This document shows, one piece after another, positions 51,576 through 64,000 of a DNA stretch of 64,000 bases (its first letter is position 1; the number at the start of each line of letters is the position of its first letter). The DNA is from Perna viridis (lineage: Eukaryota). Location: assembly GCA_037379345.1 (NCBI GenBank), contig CM074515.1, forward strand, positions 47,807,743 to 47,871,742, in the 5' to 3' direction. Both the position numbers and the translations under genes were made by a program. The notes beneath the pieces are model-generated. The model was not told the origin of the DNA. It did not search any database and worked only from the letters and a program-made list of their open reading frames with translations.

Positions 51576-52664
51576 ATGGCCTTTGAAAGTTCACTTCTGA
51601 AAGCCCAGATACATCTAAAGTGTCAATTGTGTAAGCAGAATAGTAAAATTCGTTGGCAGTGTTTGGAATGTAACCTCTTGATGTGCGATGTATGTAGTAA
51701 AGATGTCCATAACCGAATCACCAAGAATCACCGTGTCGTCGACATCAAAGACATCGACGAAAGCAGACCTTCCTCGTCAAGAACGACTATCGGTATGAAA
51801 CCATCAAAAATCGTCTTTAAAGTAATAAAAGAACGTAGACTACAGACAAATTCTGCTCATCATCTTGCTTTCACTAATGATGAATACTTGTGGGTAGGAA
51901 ATAACACAAAAAGCACTGACGTCGTTCAAAACCGGGTACAAAAGGTACGAGTCACTAACGAAGGAATTGAGTTGTTAGAAGAATATTTGACTAAGGTTTT
52001 TGACATCGCGATAACGCCATCTGGTTCTACACTTATTGTGGGAGATGGATCCTGTTTAAAGATAATTAACCCGATGACTGGCCAAGTGGTGGATTCGAAG
52101 TACAACACCAATCAATGGATACCGTACTGTGTGCATGTCACTGAAGATAATATTGTCATCGTTGGAGCAGTAAAAGAAGGAGTTGGTTCCTTGCTCGTAT
52201 TCGACGATAAAGGCAACAGTCTTGTTAACTATGGACGCGACGAAACTGGCAAAAGTCCATTGCTTTATTTTCCAAGAAAGGTGACAACAAAGGCTGGGCA
52301 TATCCTAGTTTCAGACGTTCCGCATGACAAACAGAATGAGGGAAAGATTGTCATAATAAATCAAACGACACCCAATATGTCAGTGCATAGATACACTGGT
52401 CATCCGGATATCAATTCTACGGAAAATCCATTCAAACCCAATGACATTGTATCAACTTCCAGTGGCTATGTCGTTGTTATGGACACACACACACAAAATC
52501 TTCACATACTGAACTTTGAAGGGAAAGGAATTACATATTATAGCCTCAAAGTTATCGGAGTAAAGAGGGCATATTCTGTGGCGTTATCTCCATCCGGCAA
52601 TTTATTTGTTGGTAATTATGGCAACAAAGCAAAATTATATGAATTGGAGTATTCTGTAATTTAG
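51576..52664 (+). CDS. B-box zinc finger + NHL-like beta-propeller protein (RING-less TRIM-like), single coding exon, ~362 aa
   Basis: CQLC...CLECNLLMCDVC...H...H B-box, followed by repeated blade motifs (DIAITPSG, CVHVTEDN, PNDIVSTSSG, SVALSPSGNLFVG). The ATG at 51576 has a good context (aaaATGG) and follows a likely acceptor AG at 51557-51558. Confidence 0.8.
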   Translation: MAFESSLLKAQIHLKCQLCKQNSKIRWQCLECNLLMCDVCSKDVHNRITKNHRVVDIKDIDESRPSSSRTTIGMKPSKIVFKVIKERRLQTNSAHHLAFTNDEYLWVGNNTKSTDVVQNRVQKVRVTNEGIELLEEYLTKVFDIAITPSGSTLIVGDGSCLKIINPMTGQVVDSKYNTNQWIPYCVHVTEDNIVIVGAVKEGVGSLLVFDDKGNSLVNYGRDETGKSPLLYFPRKVTTKAGHILVSDVPHDKQNEGKIVIINQTTPNMSVHRYTGHPDINSTENPFKPNDIVSTSSGYVVVMDTHTQNLHILNFEGKGITYYSLKVIGVKRAYSVALSPSGNLFVGNYGNKAKLYELEYSVI

Positions 52665-53134
52665 ACAAAAAGATCTGCCGTTTTATGCTGACTAACCGTG
52701 TTTAACCGGAATTTGATTTGTTTTTCAGTAGTAAATCATGATACCTCACTCATTCCTATAATAAAATAGCGGTTTGTCGCTAATAGACTTGAAATTTCAT
52801 GTTAAAATGATACCTTAAAATATATATGGTTCAAGTTACTGACGCACAATGTGGTACTTATATAATTTTTCGAATACACAGACTTTAAACTTATTTGAAG
52901 AAAGAGAATGCAAATGATCATGTGATCAAGATCTATGATATGGTTATTAAAATCCCTTTTTATAGAATGTCAAATCTCGCACATTGTATTGTAAAACCTA
53001 TGTGTAACAAATGACCGATCTGAAGTTTACTCTTCAAGAAAATAATAAAATTAAAGTTGATAAGTGGAATTTAGAAACTGGGAAAGACCAACTAGTTGTT
53101 TGTAGTTCCATTATGTAGTACATCAGAGAAATTT

Positions 53135-54587
53135 CAAGTACTCGGTAGTACCTGTTATATATGACAATTAGGAAATTGATAATCAGCAGTTTACTGATAA
53201 AACTCTATACACCCATGAAGTGATGATAAACATTTCCCAGTGACATTCTATTGTTCTATTGTTTACAAGTACCTACCGCCGTATCAGAGATTTCTTGTTA
53301 TATACCATGTAGATTGATAATGTAATTCAGTGTAGAATAAAATGCTAATCTAAATAGATGCCTTCTCTACTCAATCCTGTTATGATATAAATTGTAAGGA
53401 ATACATAACAGTACCATGCAACCTACAAAATATAAAATAAACCAGAAGATTACTAAATATTTTTTTTATGACAGTAATATGTCCTGCCTTCATATCATAA
53501 TTCTACAGAAGCGGTTGAAGGTTAAGGACATAACTATTGAAGTCAGTAATATGTTTGTATCATATTCAATTACAACAACGTCTATCAAGCTTTCATTTGA
53601 AACAGACCGAAATCAGTCCAAGTTACTTTGATACCATTGTTGAATACATACGTTCCAATGATATGTAAGAGTTGTGTCCCTTAACCTAGGTTTACGTCCT
53701 TAATCCATACACAACGTCAACACAAATAAAGAACTTTGTAATACAAGAAAACAAACAAAAATACAGTGTACCTGTAAATTAGTCCACGGTGCAACAAAGA
53801 TGGAATAGTTAAACAAAAATTATAAAGAAAGTTGACTCCTGTTTGCAGATACAGCGAAACATGTTTAAGCCGAACCCTGAATAAACCTGACAACTTCTGT
53901 CAATGGAGTCAGTTTAGACAGGTTTCACTGAATTTCAAATTGTATGGACAGTCTACATTGTGGTCTAATACCGGTAGTGATGAAATATAATTTTTTCAAA
54001 GACACATGATGCGATAAGGTATGGCAAGTAAAAGATAAATATACAATATATATGTTTTGGAAGATCATCGGCGGTCCTCATATAGCTTTGTTGGTGTTGG
54101 TGGTTGCTATATTTGGGCTTCTAGGAAGTAGATTTATCAGCAGCTTGAGAGGTCCTTCGTATGCAGAAAGAATTATTCGAAATTCATTACCCAGCAATGA
54201 AATCTTACAGCACTCGAAAAAATTTAATAAGCCAAAAATAATTGAGGTAATGTTTATTCAATGTTCTAACCAAAGAAAGATATTAGTATACTTGAAAATT
54301 AGAATATCTACAATGGCCCGAATAGAATCGAATAGGAAAAAATTGCGTATTTTCAAATTTTATGTAAACGAGAAAAAAGTATGTTTCTTTGTATGGGCTT
54401 TGGCTAATATTCTAGGAAAGGGAAGTTAAAACAACTTACATGTACAGTACAACGTTTCCAAGCTTGAAATCATAAAAAAATATCCTGTTATTTTTTTTCA
54501 AAAAAGTTTTAATCAAAGAAGTACTCGTGTTCTTTTATCCAAGTAGTGATTTGTCACTTAAGAGGCCTGGCGATTCACAAGTAAAAA
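53135..54587 (+). repeat. Segmental duplication block A, copy 2
   Basis: Direct repeat of 34980-35892 with extra sequence at ~53151-53411 and ~53545-53699. Confidence 0.9.
54052..54246 (+). pseudogene. Orphan duplicate of alkyl sulfatase exon 1
   Basis: Near-identical to 35357-35551, including the GTAATG donor. No downstream sulfatase exons follow. Confidence 0.85.
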
Positions 54588-54762
54588 TACAGTTACACAT
54601 ACTGGAAACAGTGAAACGTTGAACACAGAATTATGCACTGATCTTTACAGAATATAACTACAGCTACATGTATTTCCATGCTCGCTATTTTATCTTCTTT
54701 TTTTTATTGGTCACAGTTTGTAACCTGACCATTACTAACTACATCCGGGGTAAAGTCAATTC

Positions 54763-57700
54763 AAGTGTAATACATTTTTTGGGAAATTTTGTAAATATTA
54801 TTTACATTAAAACAAAATAAAAAATAAAATTGATTCACCGTTGTTATAAGAATTTTTATTCCTGGCAATAATTTTGTTGTTGCTATTCTTGACCGAAGAC
54901 AGTTCATCACTTGCCGTCATTGTAAACTTTTCACTTGTCATATTTTATACTCGGGGGAGGAGGCACTCCAATACTCCTTTGATATGATGCCGCTTGGATT
55001 CTGTAACCCCACCCTATTCACATATTTTCTTTTTGAAAAAAAAGTGTAGACCTTTTTATATATTTTGTCAGAAAAAAAGAGACCTAATCCAATATAAGGA
55101 GTGTTCCCTTGATAAGTTGACAACCATTAGATTCTTAGGAGGGGTTGGCAGATTTTGAAAATAAATGATCTGTCTCTGATTATGTAGGAAATAAATAATA
55201 TGGCCGCATCATACCAGAAAATAGCCTGATTTTGCAAATTGTTAGAAAATAAATATTCAGATTCTGACTTTAGCTAGTGAATTGAAAATAAATATTCTGA
55301 CCTGGGGAAAACCCTTCAAAAAATCTGGCTCGCTACGCTCTCCATAGTTTCATAAATTATTGACCGAACTTTACGATGAATGTGATGACTTTTCATTCAG
55401 TATTGTCAATTTTCCTGTCATCTGTGGCAATATCTCTTCAGCACCTGCGTATGGAGTTTACATATCACAACTCCTACATTATGGCAGAGCTTGACGTAAC
55501 TATGCAGACTTTCTGTATCGCGTTAGACTTCCCACAGTTAGGCTTCTGGAACAGGGTTATGCTGCTGTAAGATGAGTCATCACTATAGAAGTTTTATGGT
55601 TGTCATCTACCTCTACAACGTAAGAGGTTGAAAATCCGTACCTGCATACCCCAACCAAGTCAGAAAATAGCTTGCAAGACAACCTTTAGCAGTGCTGGAG
55701 TAGGTCGTCATTATGATCTCGTAGATCGTTACGGTGTATTATTCATCTGCACCATGAAAACTGATTTGTTCAACATAGTGTAGTTTTCCTTTTTTCTTTC
55801 GTCTACACCGGACTGGACTTTCTGTGAGTGTTTCTAGAAAAGCAGGAGATGCTTATCCTACCAGTGCACCAAGTCCATGCTCCCAGTTTTTAGTGGAGTC
55901 CGAGTTACTCATTTACTTTTGTTAATTTGTACATATTATTTTAGTTATGTCTTGTGTTTGTCTGTTTTCCATGTCTGGTCTTTGTCCCTGGATTACATTC
56001 TTTTGATTTCCACTAGAATTTTGGTCCCCTTGATTATTCTTAGAAAAGTATACATGTTTAAATACTCCACAAGTTTTATACAACATTCTAGTATTATTCT
56101 CCAGTGTCAATTTTAAATACAGTGGATTCCTCTTACTCACATACCCAATTTGTCAGAAAAAGTGTGCAAATTAACATGAATATGCTTTTATCAGGATTGT
56201 TGAGTTCAGTATAGTGTAATGGTCGTGCTCTCTTCTACATCTTCCTATATAAACAACTCTAGGGCTTGATTTAACCAACATAATGAAATTACAAACAAAG
56301 AAATCAAGTTTTATGGATTTTTGGCAAATTTTACTCTAAAAACTTAATATCAAACAGTTAAATTAGCTTCACCTTTTAATTGAGTTAAAATACATCTTGA
56401 AGGCCAAAAAGTGTCAATTTTTTGGAAAATATGCAATTAACAGGAATGTTTGTTTAGACCTGTGCAATTGAGAGGAATTTTTAACATGGAAGAGTTGGGA
56501 AATAATTTGGTTCTTGAAAATGCTATATGTAATTAACAGAAATAAGAAATAATCAGGTATGCAATTAAGTGACATCCTCTGTACATGAATGACTTTACTG
56601 GCGTAATGTGTGGTTGAATGGTATATTGCAATTATAGACTTCATTCATATACATAGATATGCAATCTGTCCTCTTGAAAGTTGCTTGCAACATTTCCTGC
56701 TAAATTGGGACATATTTCAGTTTCAGGAATTCCATCTGTCGGATATAGTAGACTATGCCTTGTATTATAGAGAATGAACTTCATTTAATTATGTCTTTAA
56801 TATAATAAACAAAAAAAGTAAAACATGCTTTGATATAGAACCCAAACCACATATTTTGGTAACCCGGATATGCACATTTAAATTTGTTTTAAAAAAAATT
56901 ACAATTCTCAGTAGTTTCTGTTAAATGACGGATAATTTTGGTACACTATGACGTCATTACAATGAAAAGTGTCACAAAAAATAATATTTCCTGACATTTG
57001 TGCATTTTACTATATTTTGAACAACAACGTTGATTTTTTTGGGCAATATTCATAAGCTAACACCCCTTAACCTTTATGCCTTATACCCAACATTATCCCA
57101 AAAATTACAATACTGATTTCTGTCCGCAATGTCAAGTTGGTTATATGGCGTTTTAAATCTGATGCTTTGCCAGTTTGTGCTCTCTTCGTACTTGGGCCAT
57201 TTAAATGGCACCTCGTTACCAAACGATGGGTCTCCATTCTTGGCAAAGTTTGTGAAATACGTAATCAAATCGCCTGACATCGTGTTCTCTTCCGGCGTTG
57301 CCGTAAAATTAGAGCTGTCTCGGTACGACTGGAAAACATACGGAATTTCTGATCCGTGACACACGTGGTCGTTACATTCTGTAAATTTTCCCCAGCCGTT
57401 AAAAGAGAAAAAATGGTCAAAAACATAAATCCATGATGGCACTACATTTCCTGTTTTTGACTGAATTAGCCGAGTATAGTTTCTTGAAGAACAGGTGAAA
57501 ATGAAGTCTGTGGAAGCTATTTGTAGGTCTAGTCTTTCGTCTAGTGGGTTGTTTGGAGGATACGTTTCTAATACTTTGACAACATCTCGTCCAAACGTAG
57601 CTAACAGTGCTGCTGAGTATTCAACTGCTGTCATTGAACTATTCCATGCCTCATAAACATAAACACGAGTTTCCTCTGAATTAGTTCCTATAATAAACGG

Positions 57701-60500
57701 CTTTTTCTGGAAGAGACCGCGTCGGACGCCTTCAAGTGGTTGAAATGGAACAACTTTTCCATCTACGTACGGGCCTAAGGGTTCGAAGAATTCTAGCAGC
57801 TTTAGTGAACTTGGATAGTTTCTGACAGCTTTCTGTGCAAGTGCAACATCATCAGCGGTCTTTGAACGCAGACAAACCATATCATTGGGTTGACAACCTA
57901 GTTGTAGTGTAATCATCTCGCCGAGAAAAAGCTCCTCCGGTCGACTTTTAAAAGGAATTGATATTGGGGCACTCTCCATAATTGCCCTTTGGAAGTATTT
58001 TGAGCTTTCTTCGTTCATTAGATGTATTAGTGTAGACTGCGCACCGGCACTCTGTCCAAACAGTGTCACCTATAACAAAAACTGTTCGTAATACCACCAA
58101 ATAAGAAAAAAGGGAATATTCAACTTAAAACACTTTCTGTCGATATCTAATATAAAATAATACATTATATCAAAAGTAAAAATTATTTTGAATTCTCCAG
58201 TCGGTGTACATTGGTTAAATCGATATGTGCAGACATTAAATAAAGACTTGTTTGACTCCAGACAGGAGGTATAATGAGGTAAGTATACTATTGCCAATCT
58301 GTGCGCCCGCTGCCAACACTTTGGACAATAACTCCAATCAATTTTAATTTCAAAGAAACTTTTATAAATTTTCTTTTTTTCTATTTTTCTATTGATGTAA
58401 GATCCATTATGATTTTTTTTATGAATTTTAGATTTTATTCATTTTTAAAACAGGCCCTTTTCAACATTGTTTATACTACCCAAGCAGATTAACAGATTAA
58501 ATAAGTACGACTCATTCACCTTACTCGGATCGCCTCCAAAACTTTGGATGTTCTCCGAGACCCATTTCAGGGCGAATTGTTGATCCATGATTCCGTAATT
58601 ACCCTCCGCTCCTTTCTGTGTTGGTGTGTCTTCAGTCAATAAAAAACCAAGTGCTCCTAAATAATTAGAGAAAATCGCAATAATTTCTAAATCTTCGCTT
58701 CCTTTTGACTGTAACACGATTACCGTTTTCATCTATTACAATATGGTTTAAAGTATCTTTTAATTTGACCTACGTTTCCAAAAGAACACATCGAAAAAGA
58801 CGCGTGTCTGCTACAACTAGCATTCTTGGTGGATGATGATCATGTATCTGATTATCAATACTTGTCAGGTTTTTCCTGGATTTATTACTCGTGTCGGGGA
58901 GGGAGGAGGCTGCATTATTGTTGCTTGACTATTACCGGATTTTACTCACTTGCGATATGACGGGTGACAGTGGCAAAGCAGGATATGCTTTCCAAACTGG
59001 AGCACTTCATATGTCTACTTTTTTTTGTTTTTTTTTTTTGTTGTGGAAATTCATATAGCTATTGCTTCTGTCTTGTTTTCCTTATCTTCAGATTTTATAT
59101 GCGATCGTATTTCATTCGGTTCGTTGCATTCGGTATATAGACCGTCTTTGTTTTCTGTTATCGCGCTCAAGCCATGTTTTATGATTATTTAGGTATTTGA
59201 CTTATCCCACTGCTGACGCTTCGGTATTTTTTTTTTAAATTTTCTCCGATATTCAATGCTTAAGACTTTTCAGCTGTGCTATGGCTTCTGAATATCACGT
59301 TATTAAAGTGTTTTCCAACTCTTCCGGTAATTTTAAGTATTAAAATCAATGAAGATCCTATTTAATTTAAGTTTGTTCATCTGTTAAAGCTATACCTTTT
59401 CCGGCACATCCAAAGCATTTTTTTCTATACTGTAATTAGGCTAATAGGGACGTCCTACATATGTAGATTCTCGGTCAGAACATGAATAGCTCAAAATCTT
59501 TCTGTCGGAAGTGACGTATGCAGTTAGGATATGATTGTTTGAACTTTAAATGCAGACCCGCATCATGTGTTATAGACACCAGCGATAACAACATAACGGT
59601 ACATTATCAATAAAGTTAAATATAATTCGAGTACAAATAGCTCCGTCCCTCATAAGCAAAGCATAAAATCATATTCACAAAAAAGACTACAATTTATTCT
59701 CACCAATTCTATAATCGAGTGTCACCACCACGACCTCTCCCAGACCTGCGAGATACTGCCCGTCAAATATCAAAGAGGAGGCACTCATGTGGACAAAATT
59801 CCCACCATGTAAATACACCATAACTGGATATTGTTTGACGCCAGCGTCTTTTGGTGCCCAGATATTCAGGTGTAAACAGTCTTCAGAAGTCTGACAAACA
59901 ACAAATGCAATGGAGCTCGTTTATTCATGCCGGATAAGACAGTTTGTTTGATACTGTTGTGGGAAAGCAGATGGCGCCTACCCGGTCGATGCATATGAAC
60001 ATAGTTCAATAAGATCTATAGATCCGTTACATGCAGTGACTGAATAGAACAATTGATAGGTCTTATATTAATAAGATTGATTCCAGTTTGTTAACCGCTG
60101 CTTATTAACTTTTTACATTTAATACTCCTCGCGAACCTTATTCCTGATTTACTACGTATCACTCCGCTAGCTTATTTGCTCTGCTAACCATGATGTTACT
60201 GTCATTACTGAGAGGGAAAGTTTATTATAGCAGGGACTTAGTATTATATAATCCCTGAGTGCACGTATCTTACCGTATCTGGACATACAAAACTCGGGTT
60301 TGTATCTTTGCACCCCTTCTGAGGACACCCAGGTTTAAGGGTGGAAGCATCGTATGTTCCATTCCATGGCTTTCTTTCAACCGGGTTATTCCATCTTAAG
60401 TAAAAACAAAATCTAAATAGGACAGTGATCTAAAGCTGAAGACAACGGCAAAAGGACCAGTAAGGGGAAATTACTCTTCTGGTAAAATTATTCCTATTCT
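54763..60500 (+). repeat. Segmental duplication block B, copy 2
   Basis: Collinear with 44733-50085; contains exons 2-5 of the intact esterase. Confidence 0.92.
55362..56040 (+). mobile_element. Penelope-like element 3' fragment (duplicate of the 45335 copy)
   Basis: Same sequence and same internal MITE (55608-55702). Confidence 0.82.
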
Positions 60501-60949
60501 ACAGAAATTAATTAATCGGTCAGCAAATAGATGTTACTGACATGTTATCGTTATTCATGGCACGAGTTTTTAAAATAGATTTTGCAGCTCATATTTGAAT
60601 ACTGCAGCATGCGGTCCGAGCAGAATTTTATTTTTTCAAACAGGGTTTAGTTGATATCAAAATGATACTTACGTATTTTCTCTTTTAATGTGGATTGTGC
60701 ATCCAATAGCTATTCTTATTCCCAGCCTTTGTACCCTTTACCATTCCTCAAATCCATCTAAAATATCGGTAAGTATTATACTTACCTGAGTTGTCCAATA
60801 GGCGGAGCTGCGTATGGAACACCAAGAAAAGCATTTACAGCACTTTTCTGGACGCCGCTTATTTTACCAAATTTGGTGTTCACCACTGGTGCTGTCTGCG
60901 AATACACAGTCGCAAAGCATGCTACTACTAAATTTACAAAATAATGCAT
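57074..60949 (-). CDS. Secreted type-B carboxylesterase (crystal protein / cAMP-regulated D2-like), ~534 aa
   Basis: Exons 60949-60786, 60394-60274, 59890-59704, 58656-58520, 58069-57074. Signal peptide, FLGVPYAAPP, SEDCLHLN, HGG oxyanion hole, GNYGIMDQ, GQSAG nucleophile, GTNSEE (Glu) and CHGSE (His). An alternative ATG lies at 60958. Confidence 0.93.
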
Positions 60950-62894
60950 TATATACATGAATGCATACTGAAATCTTGTTTATTTTGAATATCAATGTAT
61001 GTACACAATTATTAGGCATTATCTATGTTTATCATGTAATTATTTGCCTAAACCCATGTGCTAGACAAAGGTTGTTTCCCTTATCAAGTTAAAGATTGAA
61101 TCTTAAAAAAAAACGATGCTTTGAATACTGAAAAGACTTGAGTTAAAAGTGCATGCCTTTGTTACACATAAAACATTCCTAAATGTATTTTTTGTGTATA
61201 GTCCTGTATCCTGTGACACAAAGTTTCTTTTAATATTTTATTCTTGTAAGTAAATGTCAGTTGCACATTTTTTTTTGGTAATCTACCAAATGGTGGATAA
61301 AGTACTGATATGGTGAAACGCAATATACCCTAAGCACAAAATAATAAATAATGAGGCCATTTTTTTGTTTTTTTACTGAGAAATATATCAATGCAGATGG
61401 TATATTAACTAGTAGTCTACATGCAAGGCGATGAAATACAGCTCCTTGTTACTGAAGGTGATGTTATTCTAGGTGATCCTGGTAAAACATCCTGGAAAAT
61501 TATGTCTGTTTGTATGTTTTTGTGGGTTTTTTTCAAATTCGATGCACTATGCAAGATAATGAACTAATTTTATACTACTCCGAACTTCAACGTTTAGTAC
61601 ATATAATGTAATGTCGTAAATACGCAATCGGTTCTCTTCCCTCGGCCAATCTCGGCAATGGTCGGAATCAACTGGCCGGAAAGTAACGTAGCGACCAAGT
61701 TTAAATGATTCATGTTCCAAATTAAACATTTAACAGTATCCATTTATTTTGGGCAAATTGTCAATTACTGATTTCGTTTGAATGAGGTTTTTTCACGTCG
61801 TAATTTTCCCTCGAGCAATTTTATTGTACTATACTTATTTTCAAAATTTCAGCCGGAAATTTTTTTAGTTTTGTTTAAATCACCAAATCAACTGTTCACG
61901 GAATTATTGGAGACTAGATATATACCTATATTTGTTTTCTATTCGAAAATTTTACTGGTTGGTGAGCGAGAAATATCAGTTTCATAAACAAAGAGAGTTA
62001 TAAAATATTGAAAATATGTCGTGACAATAATCCCCCCCCATTTGTTCTATGTAATTTTCAGTATTTTATTATTACCAAGGAGTTAAATATATGCAACTCC
62101 TTGTTATTACCAAAATTTCGTGTTTTCTAAGTTTATTTTACCAATATCAAAGAGCATCACTGAAGGTGTATACAAAATAATTTATCATACAAGGATAATT
62201 TATTTTTCATATTTTTTTGTAAGTTGGTTGTTGTGGAATACCAGATTTAGAATCAGCGTTACTAAGCGTTAAATATCGATTGTAAAGAGATCTGATTGGA
62301 TCAATTCAATTCAACGCGAATTTCCAATTGATATATTCTAGGATTTTATGAAAGTTTAACTGTTATTTCTATATAGAAAATCATTTATTATTCATATTTT
62401 TACTTTTATTATCAGAAATGTTTGGGTCTGATGAAATAAAGCAATTATATTTTGTTACGAATATAGTAAATTAATGTTTCTGAGCTCTACATTTACGTCA
62501 ACGAGCCATCTCATGCTATAATCAGTATTTAGTGCGAGCCGGTGGATTTAACAAGTTTGTTCAAATTGACGTTTTAATCCTTATCAATAAGTTTTAAATA
62601 GCACCAACAACGACAATAAACTCTGAAAAATATTAAATGAGACAATTCAACGTTTAATTAACAATCACTTTGACGTATACGTGTGTTTCTCAACAAAGAA
62701 CGGATTAAGTTGATTGGAATGAGCACTTTACGCAAATTATCCGAATTATCATAACAGTTATATAGCATGTATGTTTTGTTTGTTTCTATGTTGTAATATT
62801 AGAAGTTTAATTATGATATGATTTGAAGTACTTGTCGTCGTTCGTGTCATTGAAAATATGTACGTGCTGATTCAAACAAAATAGCTGTCCGAGT

Positions 62895-63809
62895 ATGTCA
62901 AGGCTTCAGAATATTCCGAGGATAGTAATAAGCGATGAACTGTCTAAATTTCACAACTCCAAACCGACAGAGGACTTCCAGCAGTCTGACCTACTTGAAA
63001 GCCGAGAGAAATCAGTGTCAAAATCTCTATCTAAATGCCAAGCAGCATTGTCCAGTTGTCAACGCACAAAAGAGCAAAACGGTTCGCCTGTACTTAGATC
63101 TCGTGTAATTTCAAAATCAAAATCTCCGTCGAGAGAACTTGTTCAGCAACCTCTTCTTCAAAACCGAAAGAAATCGTCGTCTAGAAGTCGAAGTTCTTCC
63201 CAAGGTTGTCGACAGTCCGTCCAACAAACGAATTGTCAAGGAAGAGGAAATATTGTTTCAAGATCGCCATCGAGAAGTCGTAGCCCATCTCCTAATTATC
63301 GACAGTCTCCAAGATTAAGTAACTATACAAATGAAAGACTCCCTTCGGTTGGAACACACAGCAGCAGCCGGAGTCCTTCCCCAGACTATCGTCAAAGATC
63401 GTCCTCGATCTCAGATAGGTGGGTTTTACCATGTTCTAGATTTCGAAAGGAAAGGTCGAAATCTTGTTCATTAAATGAAAGTAGTTTGAATGTTCGTGAA
63501 ACAAATTCTTTAAGTTCTAATAGCCGATTTGGGGCATCGCTTCCGGGAAACTTGAATGTACCCAATTCTCGGTTTAGGAGTCCATCATTATCGAAAGGAA
63601 TTTTGGGTTATCAAACGTGTGACTTGGATTTACAAAAATCAATGCAAAGATCGGAATCCCTTCCAATGGTAAAAAAAGATTCAGACGAAGGTTACTTGTC
63701 TCCAGATAGTTTGGAAAGGTCAAAGTCGCAATGTGAATTTGTTTCAGTTTTTGACGTAGGATTTTCAAAGGACTTTTTTGAAGCAATAACATCAATAAGG
63801 AAGTCATAA
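62895..63809 (+). CDS. Ser/Arg-rich intrinsically disordered protein of unknown function, 304 aa
   Basis: 915-nt open frame with higher GC than the flanks. SP/RS repeats and several short linear motifs; no recognisable folded domain. Confidence 0.7.
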   Translation: MSRLQNIPRIVISDELSKFHNSKPTEDFQQSDLLESREKSVSKSLSKCQAALSSCQRTKEQNGSPVLRSRVISKSKSPSRELVQQPLLQNRKKSSSRSRSSSQGCRQSVQQTNCQGRGNIVSRSPSRSRSPSPNYRQSPRLSNYTNERLPSVGTHSSSRSPSPDYRQRSSSISDRWVLPCSRFRKERSKSCSLNESSLNVRETNSLSSNSRFGASLPGNLNVPNSRFRSPSLSKGILGYQTCDLDLQKSMQRSESLPMVKKDSDEGYLSPDSLERSKSQCEFVSVFDVGFSKDFFEAITSIRKS

Positions 63810-64000
63810 TGTGGAGGCATATCGTTCGTTCTTTGTGTGTGTGTGTTTTTTTAATAATTAAGTGAACAGAAAGAACTGGAAAATAGTCCGAAAATTTTTC
63901 TATGCTCTCTGTTTAATGAGTTAAGACATTGCTGTTAAGCTTCAGAGATAGTTCCTGAAACTTTAAGCAATCTGACAATTCTTTTGTTTTGTTTTTTGTT

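Overview
AT-rich, intron-rich eukaryotic DNA. The repeat families and the B-box/beta-propeller gene type suggest a bivalve mollusc, probably an oyster (inference). I reconstructed exons by hand from GT-AG sites and reading-frame phase. The window holds: (1) the 3' part of an FHOD-family formin (+, 141-21214); (2) a complete ADAT1 tRNA adenosine deaminase (-, 25597-32507); (3) a complete 4-exon SdsA1/BDS1-type alkyl sulfatase (+, 35372-44575); (4) a carboxylesterase pseudogene (-, 46599-49966); (5) a B-box + beta-propeller TRIM-like ORF (+, 51576-52664); (6) an orphan copy of sulfatase exon 1 (54052-54246); (7) an intact type-B carboxylesterase (-, 57074-60949); (8) a single-exon Ser/Arg-rich ORF (+, 62895-63809). 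The 35-60.5 kb region is a tandem duplication of a sulfatase+esterase unit with reciprocal gene loss and a near-identical, probably gene-converted tract. The main leads are: a candidate splicing programme in FHOD (a 6-nt FH2-linker microexon and alternative tails that cut the DAD/ROCK region); a disordered ORF carrying both calcineurin docking motifs; tRNA-containing LTR-like elements; a triplicated ADAT1 C-terminus; and deeply nested transposons. No database searches were run, so none of these is shown to be novel.
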